Shown here: positions 54,001 through 58,814 of the stretch, piece after piece
Position numbering within the stretch: the first letter of the stretch is position 1
How the letters are laid out: the number at the start of each line of letters is the position of its first letter
Assembly (NCBI GenBank): GCA_022820945.1
Contig: JAJEEP010000178.1
Location: 60,653 to 124,652 of the forward strand
Origin: Alphaproteobacteria bacterium
GTDB taxonomy: Bacteria; Pseudomonadota; Alphaproteobacteria; UBA828
Direction: 5' to 3'
Length of the DNA: 64,000 nucleotides
Made by a program: the position numbers and the translations under genes
The notes under the pieces: model-generated
The model's database searches: none
What the model was told of the DNA's origin: nothing
Seen by the model: only the letters and a program-made list of their open reading frames with translations

Positions 54001-55427
54001 GCGCCCGTGGCCCACCCGGCGCCGTTCGGCGCGCCGTATCCCTCCAGCACGACGTGGGCGTTCGTCCCCGACCAGCCGAACCCGCTCACGCCCGCCAGTG
54101 GTGCGCGGTCTGCACGGGCGGGCCACGGCGTCGGCGCGGACGTCACCTGCAGTGGCATCCGTTCCCAGTCCATCTCCGGATTGGGGTTGCGAAAATGGAG
54201 GTGCCTGGGGATGACCCGCCGATTCATCGCCAGCACGGTCTTTATCAGCCCCGCGACGCCCGCCGCGGATTCCAGATGGCCGATGTTGGTCTTCACCGAG
54301 CCGATCAGCAGTGGGCGGCGGGCGTCCCGACCCTGCCCGTAGACCGCCGCGGTCGCGTCGATTTCGATCGGGTCGCCTACCTCGGTGCCGGTCCCGTGCG
54401 CCTCCAGATAGTCGATATCCAATGGCCGGACTCCGGCCCGCTCGAGCGCCGCTCGGATCACCCGTTCCTGCGCCGCCCCATTCGGAACCGTCAGACCCTG
54501 GCTCGCCCCGTCCTGGTTCAGTGCTGTGCCCCGGATGACCCCCCATATGCGGTCGCCGTCGGCCTCCGCATCGGTGAGCCGCTTGAGCACCACGATGCCG
54601 CAGCCCTCGCCCCTGACATATCCGTTGGCGGAGGCATCGAAGGTCTTGCATTGGCCATCCGGCGCCAACATCCCCGCGTTGGCCCGAAACTCCAGAAGCC
54701 GACCGGAGAGAATGACGTTTACCCCGCCGGCGAGCGCGATGTCCGCATCGCCCCGCTGCAGGCCCGAGACTGCCTGGTGCGTCGCGACCAGGGATGACGA
54801 GCAGGCGGTGTCCACTGCCATAGCCGGTCCCCCGAGCCCGAGCGCGAAGGCGACCCGGCCGATGGCCGTGTTGAGGGACGTGCCGGTGACCGCGTAGAGA
54901 CTGGCGGCAGGTTCGGCAGACCCCGCCTCCTCGCTGGCCTCCAGGATCAGCCCCCGGTAGTCGTTGTTGCTGATCCCCGCGTAGACGCCGGTACGGCTGT
55001 CCTTCAGCAGATCGGGATCGATGCCCGCGTCTTCGAGCGCCCGCCAGCTCGTTTCCAGGATCAACCGTTGCTGAGGGTCGAGCAGTTGCGCTTCCACCGG
55101 CGAAATGCGGAAGAAGGCGGCGTCGAACCGTTCAATGACGTCGGGGTCGAGATAGGCGCCGAAACGGCAGGCCTGGATCTGACCCGTATCGTTGGGGAAA
55201 AGCGCGCCGATACGCCCGATGCCGGAGCCCGGCACGCCCTCCTGCACGGCGTTCCCGCCCTCTTCGAGCAAACGCCAGAAGGCGGAAATGCCGTCGGCGC
55301 CGGGGAAGCGGCAGGCCATGCCGACGATCGCCACGGGCTCGTTCGACCCATAGCTTCCCGGCGTGCGACCCTCGTCAGGAGCGCGCGCGTCGTCGGCGCG
55401 ATTGCCGGGCGCTTCTCGTTCCGTCAT
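45063..55427 (-). CDS. type I polyketide synthase, 3454 aa, domain order KS-AT-DH-cMT-(psiKR)-ER-KR-ACP-KS-AT0
   Basis: A single uninterrupted ORF. All domain motifs were read from the translation (see the domain features below). RBS GGGAGA lies upstream of the ATG at 55427. There is no loading module, TE or second ACP. Confidence 0.95.
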   Translation of the reverse strand: MTEREAPGNRADDARAPDEGRTPGSYGSNEPVAIVGMACRFPGADGISAFWRLLEEGGNAVQEGVPGSGIGRIGALFPNDTGQIQACRFGAYLDPDVIERFDAAFFRISPVEAQLLDPQQRLILETSWRALEDAGIDPDLLKDSRTGVYAGISNNDYRGLILEASEEAGSAEPAASLYAVTGTSLNTAIGRVAFALGLGGPAMAVDTACSSSLVATHQAVSGLQRGDADIALAGGVNVILSGRLLEFRANAGMLAPDGQCKTFDASANGYVRGEGCGIVVLKRLTDAEADGDRIWGVIRGTALNQDGASQGLTVPNGAAQERVIRAALERAGVRPLDIDYLEAHGTGTEVGDPIEIDATAAVYGQGRDARRPLLIGSVKTNIGHLESAAGVAGLIKTVLAMNRRVIPRHLHFRNPNPEMDWERMPLQVTSAPTPWPARADRAPLAGVSGFGWSGTNAHVVLEGYGAPNGAGWATGAARPVEVSLPASVGGPAQAAGGLAPRGTRLLPLSGKSAAALRDAAGRHLDWLDEHGEAIAAEGMASDPVLSDMAWSAGIGRSHFGHRAGVAFRDAESLREGLRAIVEADEGPTSPEATKVAFVCTGQASQWPGMGEALYASEPVFRAVLDRCDKVLAEDRGGASLLDVMFGRPGAAGELDDPQWKQPAIYALECALAALWESIGVRPDVVLGHSLGEIAAAHTAGVFSLEEGLRFAAARGSLIGALPGEGAMGAIFAPPPRVAAAVEEQNAASDGPGLSVAADNGAHQVVSGSKADVEALLARFEAEEVRVARLRRSPAYHSAMIEPALGDMEAAISTIPFASPSVTFVSNLTGRALESGEAPNAAYWRRQAREPVAFRACIETLAEVGVDAVIEIGPHAVLGPMTTMAWPETAGTAPAVMSSLIRPAKDEEPPAPGSGGGFVEAVAGAYKAGLRLRFDGLFAGEERCRIALPGYPFQRERYWVEAPKRRRTAAGHSLLGTRHDSASGEIAFDTEVFPSDPAWLADHRVFGRLIAPGALYGAMAAAASIAEGSEAVVIDDFQMQSALVFAGEDAEDDSAEAGRRVQVLLDDAEDEVARRVRILSRGEGEDAWSLHAEGRVSTSPAGPAQVGPPLDIEGLKAALAPVDLAAYYRAKAAVGIELGPSFRTVEGLWARPGEAIAEVALPAGLERGPLDVHPLVLDGCFQAFGAARSPDGGEEGITYLPFAWERLWLAGGVPERLLCHVTVREGRAGEEADAEREGVPEVHAADLRLYDQGGTLIGELAGFTVKRATRATLLEGVAGIDELLYEVVWRDCALPPGMLPADFLPMPSAAAARSQPFSRYLTDEGVEVADETDLQGEMERAAWCHALAALEKLGWERGAGAVVNPEELRERLEVLPEHAHLLRRMLEILARSGVLQVQDKGFVVTIGANDPLPDEMPRDSEAFLDGVTGRFPHAANEIGLFGRCAGALPEVLRGKEDPLSLLFGDAEPTAGDLYRLAPVWRAANRMIGEVVRTLVDDVPDGRRLRVLEVGAGIGSATETILPELPAGRFNFMYTDISAGFFAEAESRFGGAEASIDYRVLDIEKDPVEQGFEPHAYDMVIAANVLHATRHLDETLAHCRALLAPSGLLVALENQRGRGWMDLIFGQLDGWWRFADRYRPNHALAGPDVWRQGLADAGFTESEVLGVDRSETAGLPDRGVIVAQGPAEIDLPEGAWILAADRGGVAEALAAQLAAQNQRVVLASDVAAGTGAAAENEAGIVAASVEMERRESWRSLVEGLPTDVPLAGAVHLVAQDGHGADATTADLAADAKRAAASALALVQGIADADAVPEKGLWFVTRGAQVLERERVGQLAGASLWGLGKVVAREAPQLQARMLDLDPEAAEPQAVLADELLFPDSENHIAHRQGRRQAARLVRSGPGSERLVLPEETDWVLAPDEGGAAETLQVQQLAARALESKEVRVAVEACGLNFLDVFRAMGLVEEGLLGEEFCGRIVETGADVTTVSVGDRVAGFAFGTFGPEVVTREELVAVAPPDVSATALATIPSVFVTCVLSYELAGLKAGDRVLIHAGAGGVGLAAIQLAQAAGAEVFATASAPKQAYLRSLGVEHVFDSRSIAFGEEVLAATGGAGVDVVLNSLTGEGFIEASLACLADGGRFVELARRDILSEGEMAALRPDVAYSILDLYTLKQHDPARPGAALKEVLARMATGELAPLRHTRWPLTETSAAMGFMRAARHIGKIVLTLPSFRTGRLRQDGTYLVTGGLGGIGCALAEWLAERGAGTVVLNGRRPPDAAAEQAIEALRARGFSIEVEIADVTDPAALNAMLARMDRELPPLAGVIHSVGVLADAALGNQSWDSFETVLWPKMLGAWHLHRATADRDLDLFVIFSSVAGILGNPGQANHAAANAFLDQLAAHRRALGLPGQAIAWGAWSGLGEAEEQRERIARRREALGTGWFTPEQGFSALDRLLRQDTAAAAVLTADWAAFGEALESRPPLFEDLLSDASADDEAATSSEDLLAQLAATPAAGREELLVSFLQQEVQAVLRLPSTPAPTVGFFDLGMDSLMAVELRNRLNRAFSGAYAAPNTLVFDYPNILVLAGHLAGELGEEIAAPAPESATEPSPQAPMRSEEDGIAIVGMACRFPGAADLESFWRQLEEGHDAVTDGRQDGGIWTGVAGDPAADDRPWRQGGFVDGIDRFDARFFGMTPIGVRMMDPQQRLLLETTWQALEDAGIDPDCLRGSRTGVYAGLSTSEYRDLMMLAGNDSLSYLGTASSTAVGGVAFKLGLMGPTNPVMLNCAASLVTVQQAVAGLRQGEVDMALVGGVNAVLSPGLTVEMAALGMLSRTGRCRTFDAAADGFVRSEGCGMVVLKRLTEAEADGDRIWAVIRGAAVNQNGASAGPTVPNGPAQERVIEEALAQARVLPSDVDYLEAHGAGSGLGDPIEVNAAAVVYGRERSPDRPLLIGSVKTNLGHLESAAGVAGLIKVALAMRHGAIPKNLHFHEPNPHLDWDRLPVRVVSETTDWPEEAGRPRRAGVSAFGISGVNAHVVLEGYGPTNGTPAEGNEGHSYAGAAQSVAATLPEPLASLTPSEEAFSARDTRLLPLSAKSGEALRALAGRYLSWLDEHADALAADGAASDTVLSDMAWTAAVGRSHFGHRAGVVFQDAASLRKSLTAHAHADAERDPGAAKKIAFVYTGETDRWVSMGGALFAREPVVRSVLNRCDAVLGEDREASLLEAMFGGPGSEGGLSDPAWARPATYALACALTALWASVGIRPSVVAGQGAGEIAAAQAAGVVSLEDGLRLAAARSVTEAALEGIAFAAPSVSLMSGLTGRAMDPDQVLDGAYWHRQAAGAPLAIDACAGNLAELGVEVVIEIGPDAALAPLLAEAWPKSGENISAPKMLSSQRQSAGGEEEAAELADSAFVEAVALAYEAGLGVSFSGLFAGETRRRISLPGYPFQRRRFWLPMPGQ
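45318..45917 (-). other. PKS domain AT0: degenerate acyltransferase remnant (aa 3171 to about 3370)
   Basis: GQGAGE replaces GHSLGE (Gly3266 stands in place of the nucleophile, nt 45630-45632). YTGETDRW replaces TGQASQW. About 89 residues, covering the small subdomain and the xAxH His, are missing relative to AT1. The protein then ends at LPGYPFQRRRFWLPMPGQ. Confidence 0.8.
46323..47588 (-). other. PKS domain KS2 (aa 2614-3035); Cys-His-His retained but motifs divergent
   Basis: Contains IAIVGMACRFPG. MLNCAAS (Cys2780, nt 47088-47090) replaces DTACSSS. EAHGAGSGLGDPIE replaces the HGTGT motif. KTNLGHLESAAG is present. Confidence 0.85.
47658..47915 (-). other. PKS domain ACP (about aa 2505-2590)
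   Basis: GFFDLGMDSLMAVELRNRL; Ser2546 is at nt 47790-47792. Confidence 0.9.
48108..48716 (-). other. PKS domain KR (about aa 2238-2440) with the catalytic Tyr replaced by His
   Basis: Contains TYLVTGGLGGIGCALAEWLA, Lys in WPKMLGAW, and Ser in FSSVAG. The expected NYAAANAFLD motif reads NHAAANAFLD (His2384, codon CAC, nt 48276-48278). Confidence 0.85.
48753..49655 (-). other. PKS domain ER (about aa 1925-2225)
   Basis: Contains VRVAVEACGLNFLDV, the NADPH motif VLIHAGAGGVGLAAIQLA, and ends HIGKIVLT. Confidence 0.85.
50388..51110 (-). other. PKS domain C-methyltransferase (about aa 1440-1680)
   Basis: SAM motif I is VLEVGAGIGSAT (Leu1506). Motif II is YDMVIAANVLHAT. Motif III is LLAPSGLLVALE. 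Boundaries are approximate. Confidence 0.8.
51633..52517 (-). other. PKS domain DH (aa 971-1265)
   Basis: HxxxGxxxxP appears as HRVFGRLIAP (His1002). Also has YYRAKAAVGIELGPSF and the DxxxQ motif as DGCFQ. Confidence 0.85.
52788..53648 (-). other. PKS domain AT1 (aa 594-880); catalytic motifs intact
   Basis: Contains FVCTGQASQWPGMG, GHSLGE (Ser689, nt 53361-53363), an Arg in the AAARG context, PAYHS and VIEIGPHAVL. Confidence 0.9.
54036..55337 (-). other. PKS domain KS1 (aa 31-464)
   Basis: Contains VAIVGMACRFPG, DTACSSS (Cys209, nt 54801-54803), EAHGTGTEVGDPIE and KTNIGHLESAAG. Ends NAHVVLEGY. Confidence 0.9.
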
Positions 55428-55525
55428 CGCGGTTCTCCCTCGGTCAGGAGGACGGTCCGAACCATCTCAAAGAAACCTATCCGCAGTCGGCATACATACA
55501 CCCTGCAGCCCCGGTTTGCGTGGGA

Positions 55526-55720
55526 TCATTTTGCCTGCTCGTTCGCTGCCGGCGCCGCCACGCGAATCGTGACGATGTCGGTGCCACGATACTGCTGGTG
55601 ACGGACGGACGACGCGAGGCGGCGCAACAGGCGAAGCGAGACCTCCTGCTCGGCCGAGACCTCGCTGGGCTGGTCGCCGAGCAGCGCGAGGCGATCCTGG
55701 ATATTGCCCTCTCGCGACCC
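55526..55720 (-). pseudogene. orphan C-terminal fragment (64 codons plus stop) of an unidentified gene, truncated at its 5' side by the IS21 remnant
   Basis: My own translation of the third minus frame gives ...EGNIQDRLALLGDQPSEVSAEQEVSLRLLRRLASSVRHQQYRGTDIVTIRVAAPAANEQAK*. Codon third positions are strongly GC-biased. The frame is closed upstream by the TGA at 55723-55721 and has no start codon. Its stop lies 98 nt upstream of the PKS ATG. Confidence 0.45.
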
Positions 55721-55900
55721 TCAAGTCCCGGGCAAGCTTCTTGATCGGAACGCGCTTCACCAGATGATCCCGACGGATCCGCGCAATCGTCTCCACAACA
55801 AGCATCTCCCCCCACCCCGTCCGTCCAATGACGGGGCGTCTTCATGGACACAATAGGGGGTCAATTTTCCACGCTTAACAAAACCTTGTGCGTAATCATT
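55700..55900 (-). mobile_element. IS21-family left-end remnant: about 33 N-terminal codons of istA (HTH) plus the upstream terminal region; the rest of the element is missing
   Basis: MLVVETIARIRRDHLVKRVPIKKLARDLRVAR (from the ATG at 55805) fits the IstA N-terminal pattern hhxVExhAxIRRxHxVxxxxIKxIARxLxVSR. The reading frame then degenerates. A 7-bp hairpin and GTCAATTTTCCACGCTTAAC lie upstream. Boundaries are approximate. Confidence 0.55.
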
Positions 55901-55931
55901 TTCACGGTTAGTGGCAGGGTGCTAGACGGAA

Positions 55932-55957
55932 GCGCCTCAATGGACGCCTTGAGGCGC
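55932..55957 (-). terminator. perfect 9-bp stem / 8-nt loop hairpin downstream of vapC; the T-tract is weak
   Basis: gcgcctcaa-tggacgcc-ttgaggcgc, read directly from the sequence. Confidence 0.35.
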
Positions 55958-56173
55958 CATATCGCCATGCCACTCGTACCCAAGTGATGCTCGCCAAATT
56001 CTCGAAGCTCGATTTGTGACCATCGGCCTCACTCAAGATCAGATGGCCTTGCTCTTCCATGGAGCGACCCTTGCCTGCCGCGCTTAAGGGAAGCCGGCTC
56101 TTCACGTCGTCGTCAGGACTGCAGACTTTGGTGTTGGCTACTTCATCTGCGCCCCAAGCATTCCGGTCGGTGC

Positions 56174-56626
56174 CTACCTCGCCCTTTGGCTCACATCGAA
56201 CGGGTCATGAGTCGACAGTTCCGGAAAGAGGGAAAAATCGCGATCCCGCGTGAACAGCACCTCTACGCCATGCGTGACACACACTGCAGCGATGCGGGCA
56301 TCGTGAACCACTCCGCCGACGACGTGCGGTCGGTTGACGAACCTCTCCAGCACTTCCATGAAATCGTCCGTCTCGCCAATCATGCGGTTGGATGGCGACA
56401 TTGCCCAAGCCTGGAACTGGCGCCACGCTTGGCCCGGCGTGGTTGCTTCGTCCTTCCAGATGCGACGGTTCGTCACCACGCTCAGGAACTCGTAACAGCA
56501 TGGCCACGGAATGGCCCAGACACGGTCTCCTTCGGCAAGTTCGGTCATGACTGCGTGCGCCGCGTCGCCCAGGCGCGACTCGCGACGGTGCGCATACACC
56601 AACACATTGGTGTCTACGGCGATCAC
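56174..56626 (-). CDS. vapC: PIN-domain ribonuclease toxin VapC
   Basis: GTG at 56626 overlaps the vapB stop (GTGA). The sequence is [13 protein letters not shown]...[23 protein letters not shown], with the conserved acidic residues of PIN domains. Confidence 0.85.
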   Translation of the reverse strand: MIAVDTNVLVYAHRRESRLGDAAHAVMTELAEGDRVWAIPWPCCYEFLSVVTNRRIWKDEATTPGQAWRQFQAWAMSPSNRMIGETDDFMEVLERFVNRPHVVGGVVHDARIAAVCVTHGVEVLFTRDRDFSLFPELSTHDPFDVSQRAR

Positions 56627-56871
56627 CGCGTACCGGAATCGCCGTAGATCATTTCGCGCAACTCCGGCCAGGAATATCGTTCCAGCGGATCGGCCGCTTC
56701 CGGGTCGCCCACTCTCATGTCCGTCAGCTTGTATCCGCCGCGAGGCCTCGCCGACGCAAGCACGCAACGAAGCCCGTCCTCGACTACGGCGCGCAGCGGG
56801 CGCCCCGTTTCCTTGGCATGACGCTTGGCTCGCGCGAGCAATTCGTCGTGGATGTCCAGCGTCGTCTTCAT
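56623..56871 (-). CDS. vapB: type II antitoxin VapB-like
   Basis: 82-aa [38 protein letters not shown] is typical of antitoxins paired with PIN toxins. Confidence 0.8.
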   Translation of the reverse strand: MKTTLDIHDELLARAKRHAKETGRPLRAVVEDGLRCVLASARPRGGYKLTDMRVGDPEAADPLERYSWPELREMIYGDSGTR

Positions 56872-56931
56872 TGTCCCATACTAGCCATAGTGTTTAATAT
56901 GGGGAAGACATATCTCAACGGCAATTCGTAC

Positions 56932-57171
56932 TCAATTCCGATACCGGTCCGCGCTCTTGAGGCATGAACTAGCTGCTCTCGGCACCCACTCCCTCGTCGA
57001 GGCGCAAAGCAACCCGATCGATGAGTGCCACGAACCCCACCCAATAACCGACAGACGCGCATCAGCGCCGGTCTCGTCGTTGTGATGGTCTGCGAGCGAC
57101 AGAAGCACGAGTTTCGCCAAGGGCGAGCCAACCCGCTGGCCGAAGGCCCAGGCCATCGTGCGAACGCTCAC
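56932..57171 (-). pseudogene. remnant of a phage/integrative-element helix-turn-helix (replication-type) gene
   Basis: Only the first ~35 aa look genuine: MSVRTMAWAFGQRVGSPLAKLVLLSLADHHNDETG, matching the MAWAxxQ...KLVLLALADHANDETG pattern. The remainder has no recognisable continuation in any frame. Confidence 0.45.
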
Positions 57172-57268
57172 GGAACGAATCCGGGGGATTTCTGCCCAAT
57201 GGGCGGAAACTCCCGACCCTCGGGGCGAGCAGGCGGTTTTCTAAGTGATTGATTTACAAAGGGAGAAC

Positions 57269-57344
57269 TGGTGCCGCAGGAGAGATTCGAACTCCCGACC
57301 CATGCATTACGAATGCATTGCTCTACCGACTGAGCTACTGCGGC
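57269..57344 (-). tRNA. tRNA-Thr (anticodon CGU), CCA encoded
   Basis: I hand-folded GCCGCAGTAGCTCAGTCGGTAGAGCAATGCATTCGTAATGCATGGGTCGGGAGTTCGAATCTCTCCTGCGGCACCA. It has a 7-bp acceptor stem, a GCTC/GAGC D stem, an ATGCA/TGCAT anticodon stem with loop TTCGTAA, and a T arm with a TTCGAAT loop. Confidence 0.9.
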
Positions 57345-57428
57345 CCGGTCCTGCGCGCGACTATCGTCAAGCCGGCTTGCGTTGTAAAGGCGCTTGTCGC
57401 GGGCTGGCGCGCTCTCACGTGGCGACGA

Positions 57429-58814
57429 TCACTCGGCGGCAGTGCCAGCCGCGGCCGGCACAGGCTGCTCTTCCTCGTCATCGTCGGTAGCGGTGGCAGA
57501 CTCTTGCGGCAAGGCGCTCGCCTCGACGCGTGACGGCGTGCGCCACTCGATCGAATCGAAGGCGCCGCAGCTATCGCAGACGATGGACCACGCGGGGCTC
57601 GCGCGGGCACAGCGGGTGCAGAGCCAGGCCGGATCGGGCGGCGCCTCGCTCGCCTGCTGGAGGCGCCGGCGGATCGCTTCGCCGTCCCCCGTCTCGGCCT
57701 CCTCGAGGCGTGCCAGCAGGCGGTAGACGCCGGCGCTGGGACATTCGGTCGCGGCGCGCTCCGAATGCTGGCGCGCCGTCCCCCACTGCTTGGCCTCTAG
57801 CGCCTGACTTGCGAGCAGCATGAGGCTTTCCGCATGGTGGCTGTTCTCGGCCACCAATGTCTCGACCCGCTTCAGCCGCTCCGCAGCCGAGCGGTCCGCG
57901 TGGAGGGCGAGGAAGAGCCGGCCGAGCGCCGGGTGGGGGCAATGACGCCAGGCTTCGATCACCGCCCGCTGGGCTGCACTGTCGCGGCCCGACTCCTTGT
58001 TGAGACCCGCGCTTAGCAGGGCTGCGGGCAAGAAGGCTTTATCCGCCGCGCGCGCCTCGTCGGCCATGCGGAGCGCTTCCCTGACCTCGCCCTGCTCGCG
58101 CAGCGCCCGCGCGCGCTCGAAGAGCAGCCCCGCCTGGCGGCGTCGGGCGACGTCTTCGCCCACCGCGCCGTGACGCAAGGCCTGCTTGACCGTGCCGAGC
58201 GCATCGGACCAGCGGCCGGCCCGCGTCTGCATCTCCAGCAGCGCCGTCAGCACCCAGGGCGTCTCGGGCCTGAGCGCAAAGGCTCGCTCGGCAAGCTCCA
58301 GCGCACGCGCCGTGTCGCCGGTCCGCTCGGCCTGAACCAGCAAGCCGCGCAACCCGAGGAAGGCCGTCGCCGGCTGGTCGAGCATGGCCTCGAAATAACC
58401 GTGCGCGGCGTGATCGTCGCCCTCGAGCTGCGCCGCTTGCGCCGAAAGCAGCAGCGTCAGCGGCGGCTCCTCCAGCAGCGCATCGGCACGCCGTGCAAAC
58501 CGGCGCGCACGCTTGGGGTCGCCCGCTGCTGCGGCCACCAGCCCTTGAGTCAGTGCACGATAGCCCAACCGTTCGCGCCGGCGCCGGCGCGCCAATGAGA
58601 CACGGCGCGGGCCAATCCAGACGAAGCGCACGACGGCGGCGATCACCAGGACAACAGCCGCAGCCACCGCGACGGCCGCAGCCAGGACACCCGGCGAGGT
58701 CTCGACCATGTAATCGCCCCACGCCATCTCGACACGGCCGGGCGGCTCGGAAATCCAGGTCGCGGCGGCCGCCACGACGATCACGGCCACGACGAAGGCG
58801 ATGATGCGTATCAT
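57429..58814 (-). CDS. HemY-N/TPR-domain inner-membrane protein (hemY-like) with a C-terminal Cys4 zinc ribbon
   Basis: 461-aa ORF. It has an N-terminal transmembrane segment, TPR-like repeats, and C-terminal CTRCARASPAWSIVCDSCGAFDSIEW. It sits downstream of hemC-hemD. Confidence 0.75.
   Translation of the reverse strand: MIRIIAFVVAVIVVAAAATWISEPPGRVEMAWGDYMVETSPGVLAAAVAVAAAVVLVIAAVVRFVWIGPRRVSLARRRRRERLGYRALTQGLVAAAAGDPKRARRFARRADALLEEPPLTLLLSAQAAQLEGDDHAAHGYFEAMLDQPATAFLGLRGLLVQAERTGDTARALELAERAFALRPETPWVLTALLEMQTRAGRWSDALGTVKQALRHGAVGEDVARRRQAGLLFERARALREQGEVREALRMADEARAADKAFLPAALLSAGLNKESGRDSAAQRAVIEAWRHCPHPALGRLFLALHADRSAAERLKRVETLVAENSHHAESLMLLASQALEAKQWGTARQHSERAATECPSAGVYRLLARLEEAETGDGEAIRRRLQQASEAPPDPAWLCTRCARASPAWSIVCDSCGAFDSIEWRTPSRVEASALPQESATATDDDEEEQPVPAAAGTAAE

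Larger units (their letters stand above)
52593..55337 (-). repeat. internal paralogous segment A (KS1-AT1-linker) of the PKS gene
   Basis: Collinear with 45066..47588 at protein level. For example, LPLSGKSAAALRDAAGRHLDWLDEHGEAIAAEGMASDPVLSDMAWSAGIGRSHFGHRAGVAFRDAESL aligns with LPLSAKSGEALRALAGRYLSWLDEHADALAADGAASDTVLSDMAWTAAVGRSHFGHRAGVVFQDAASL. Confidence 0.8.

Noticed and set aside
55908-56105. 65-aa minus-strand ORF between vapC and the IS21 scar
   Set aside because: It has no recognisable motif, no RBS and mixed composition. It may be debris of the decayed element, but I cannot support it as a gene.
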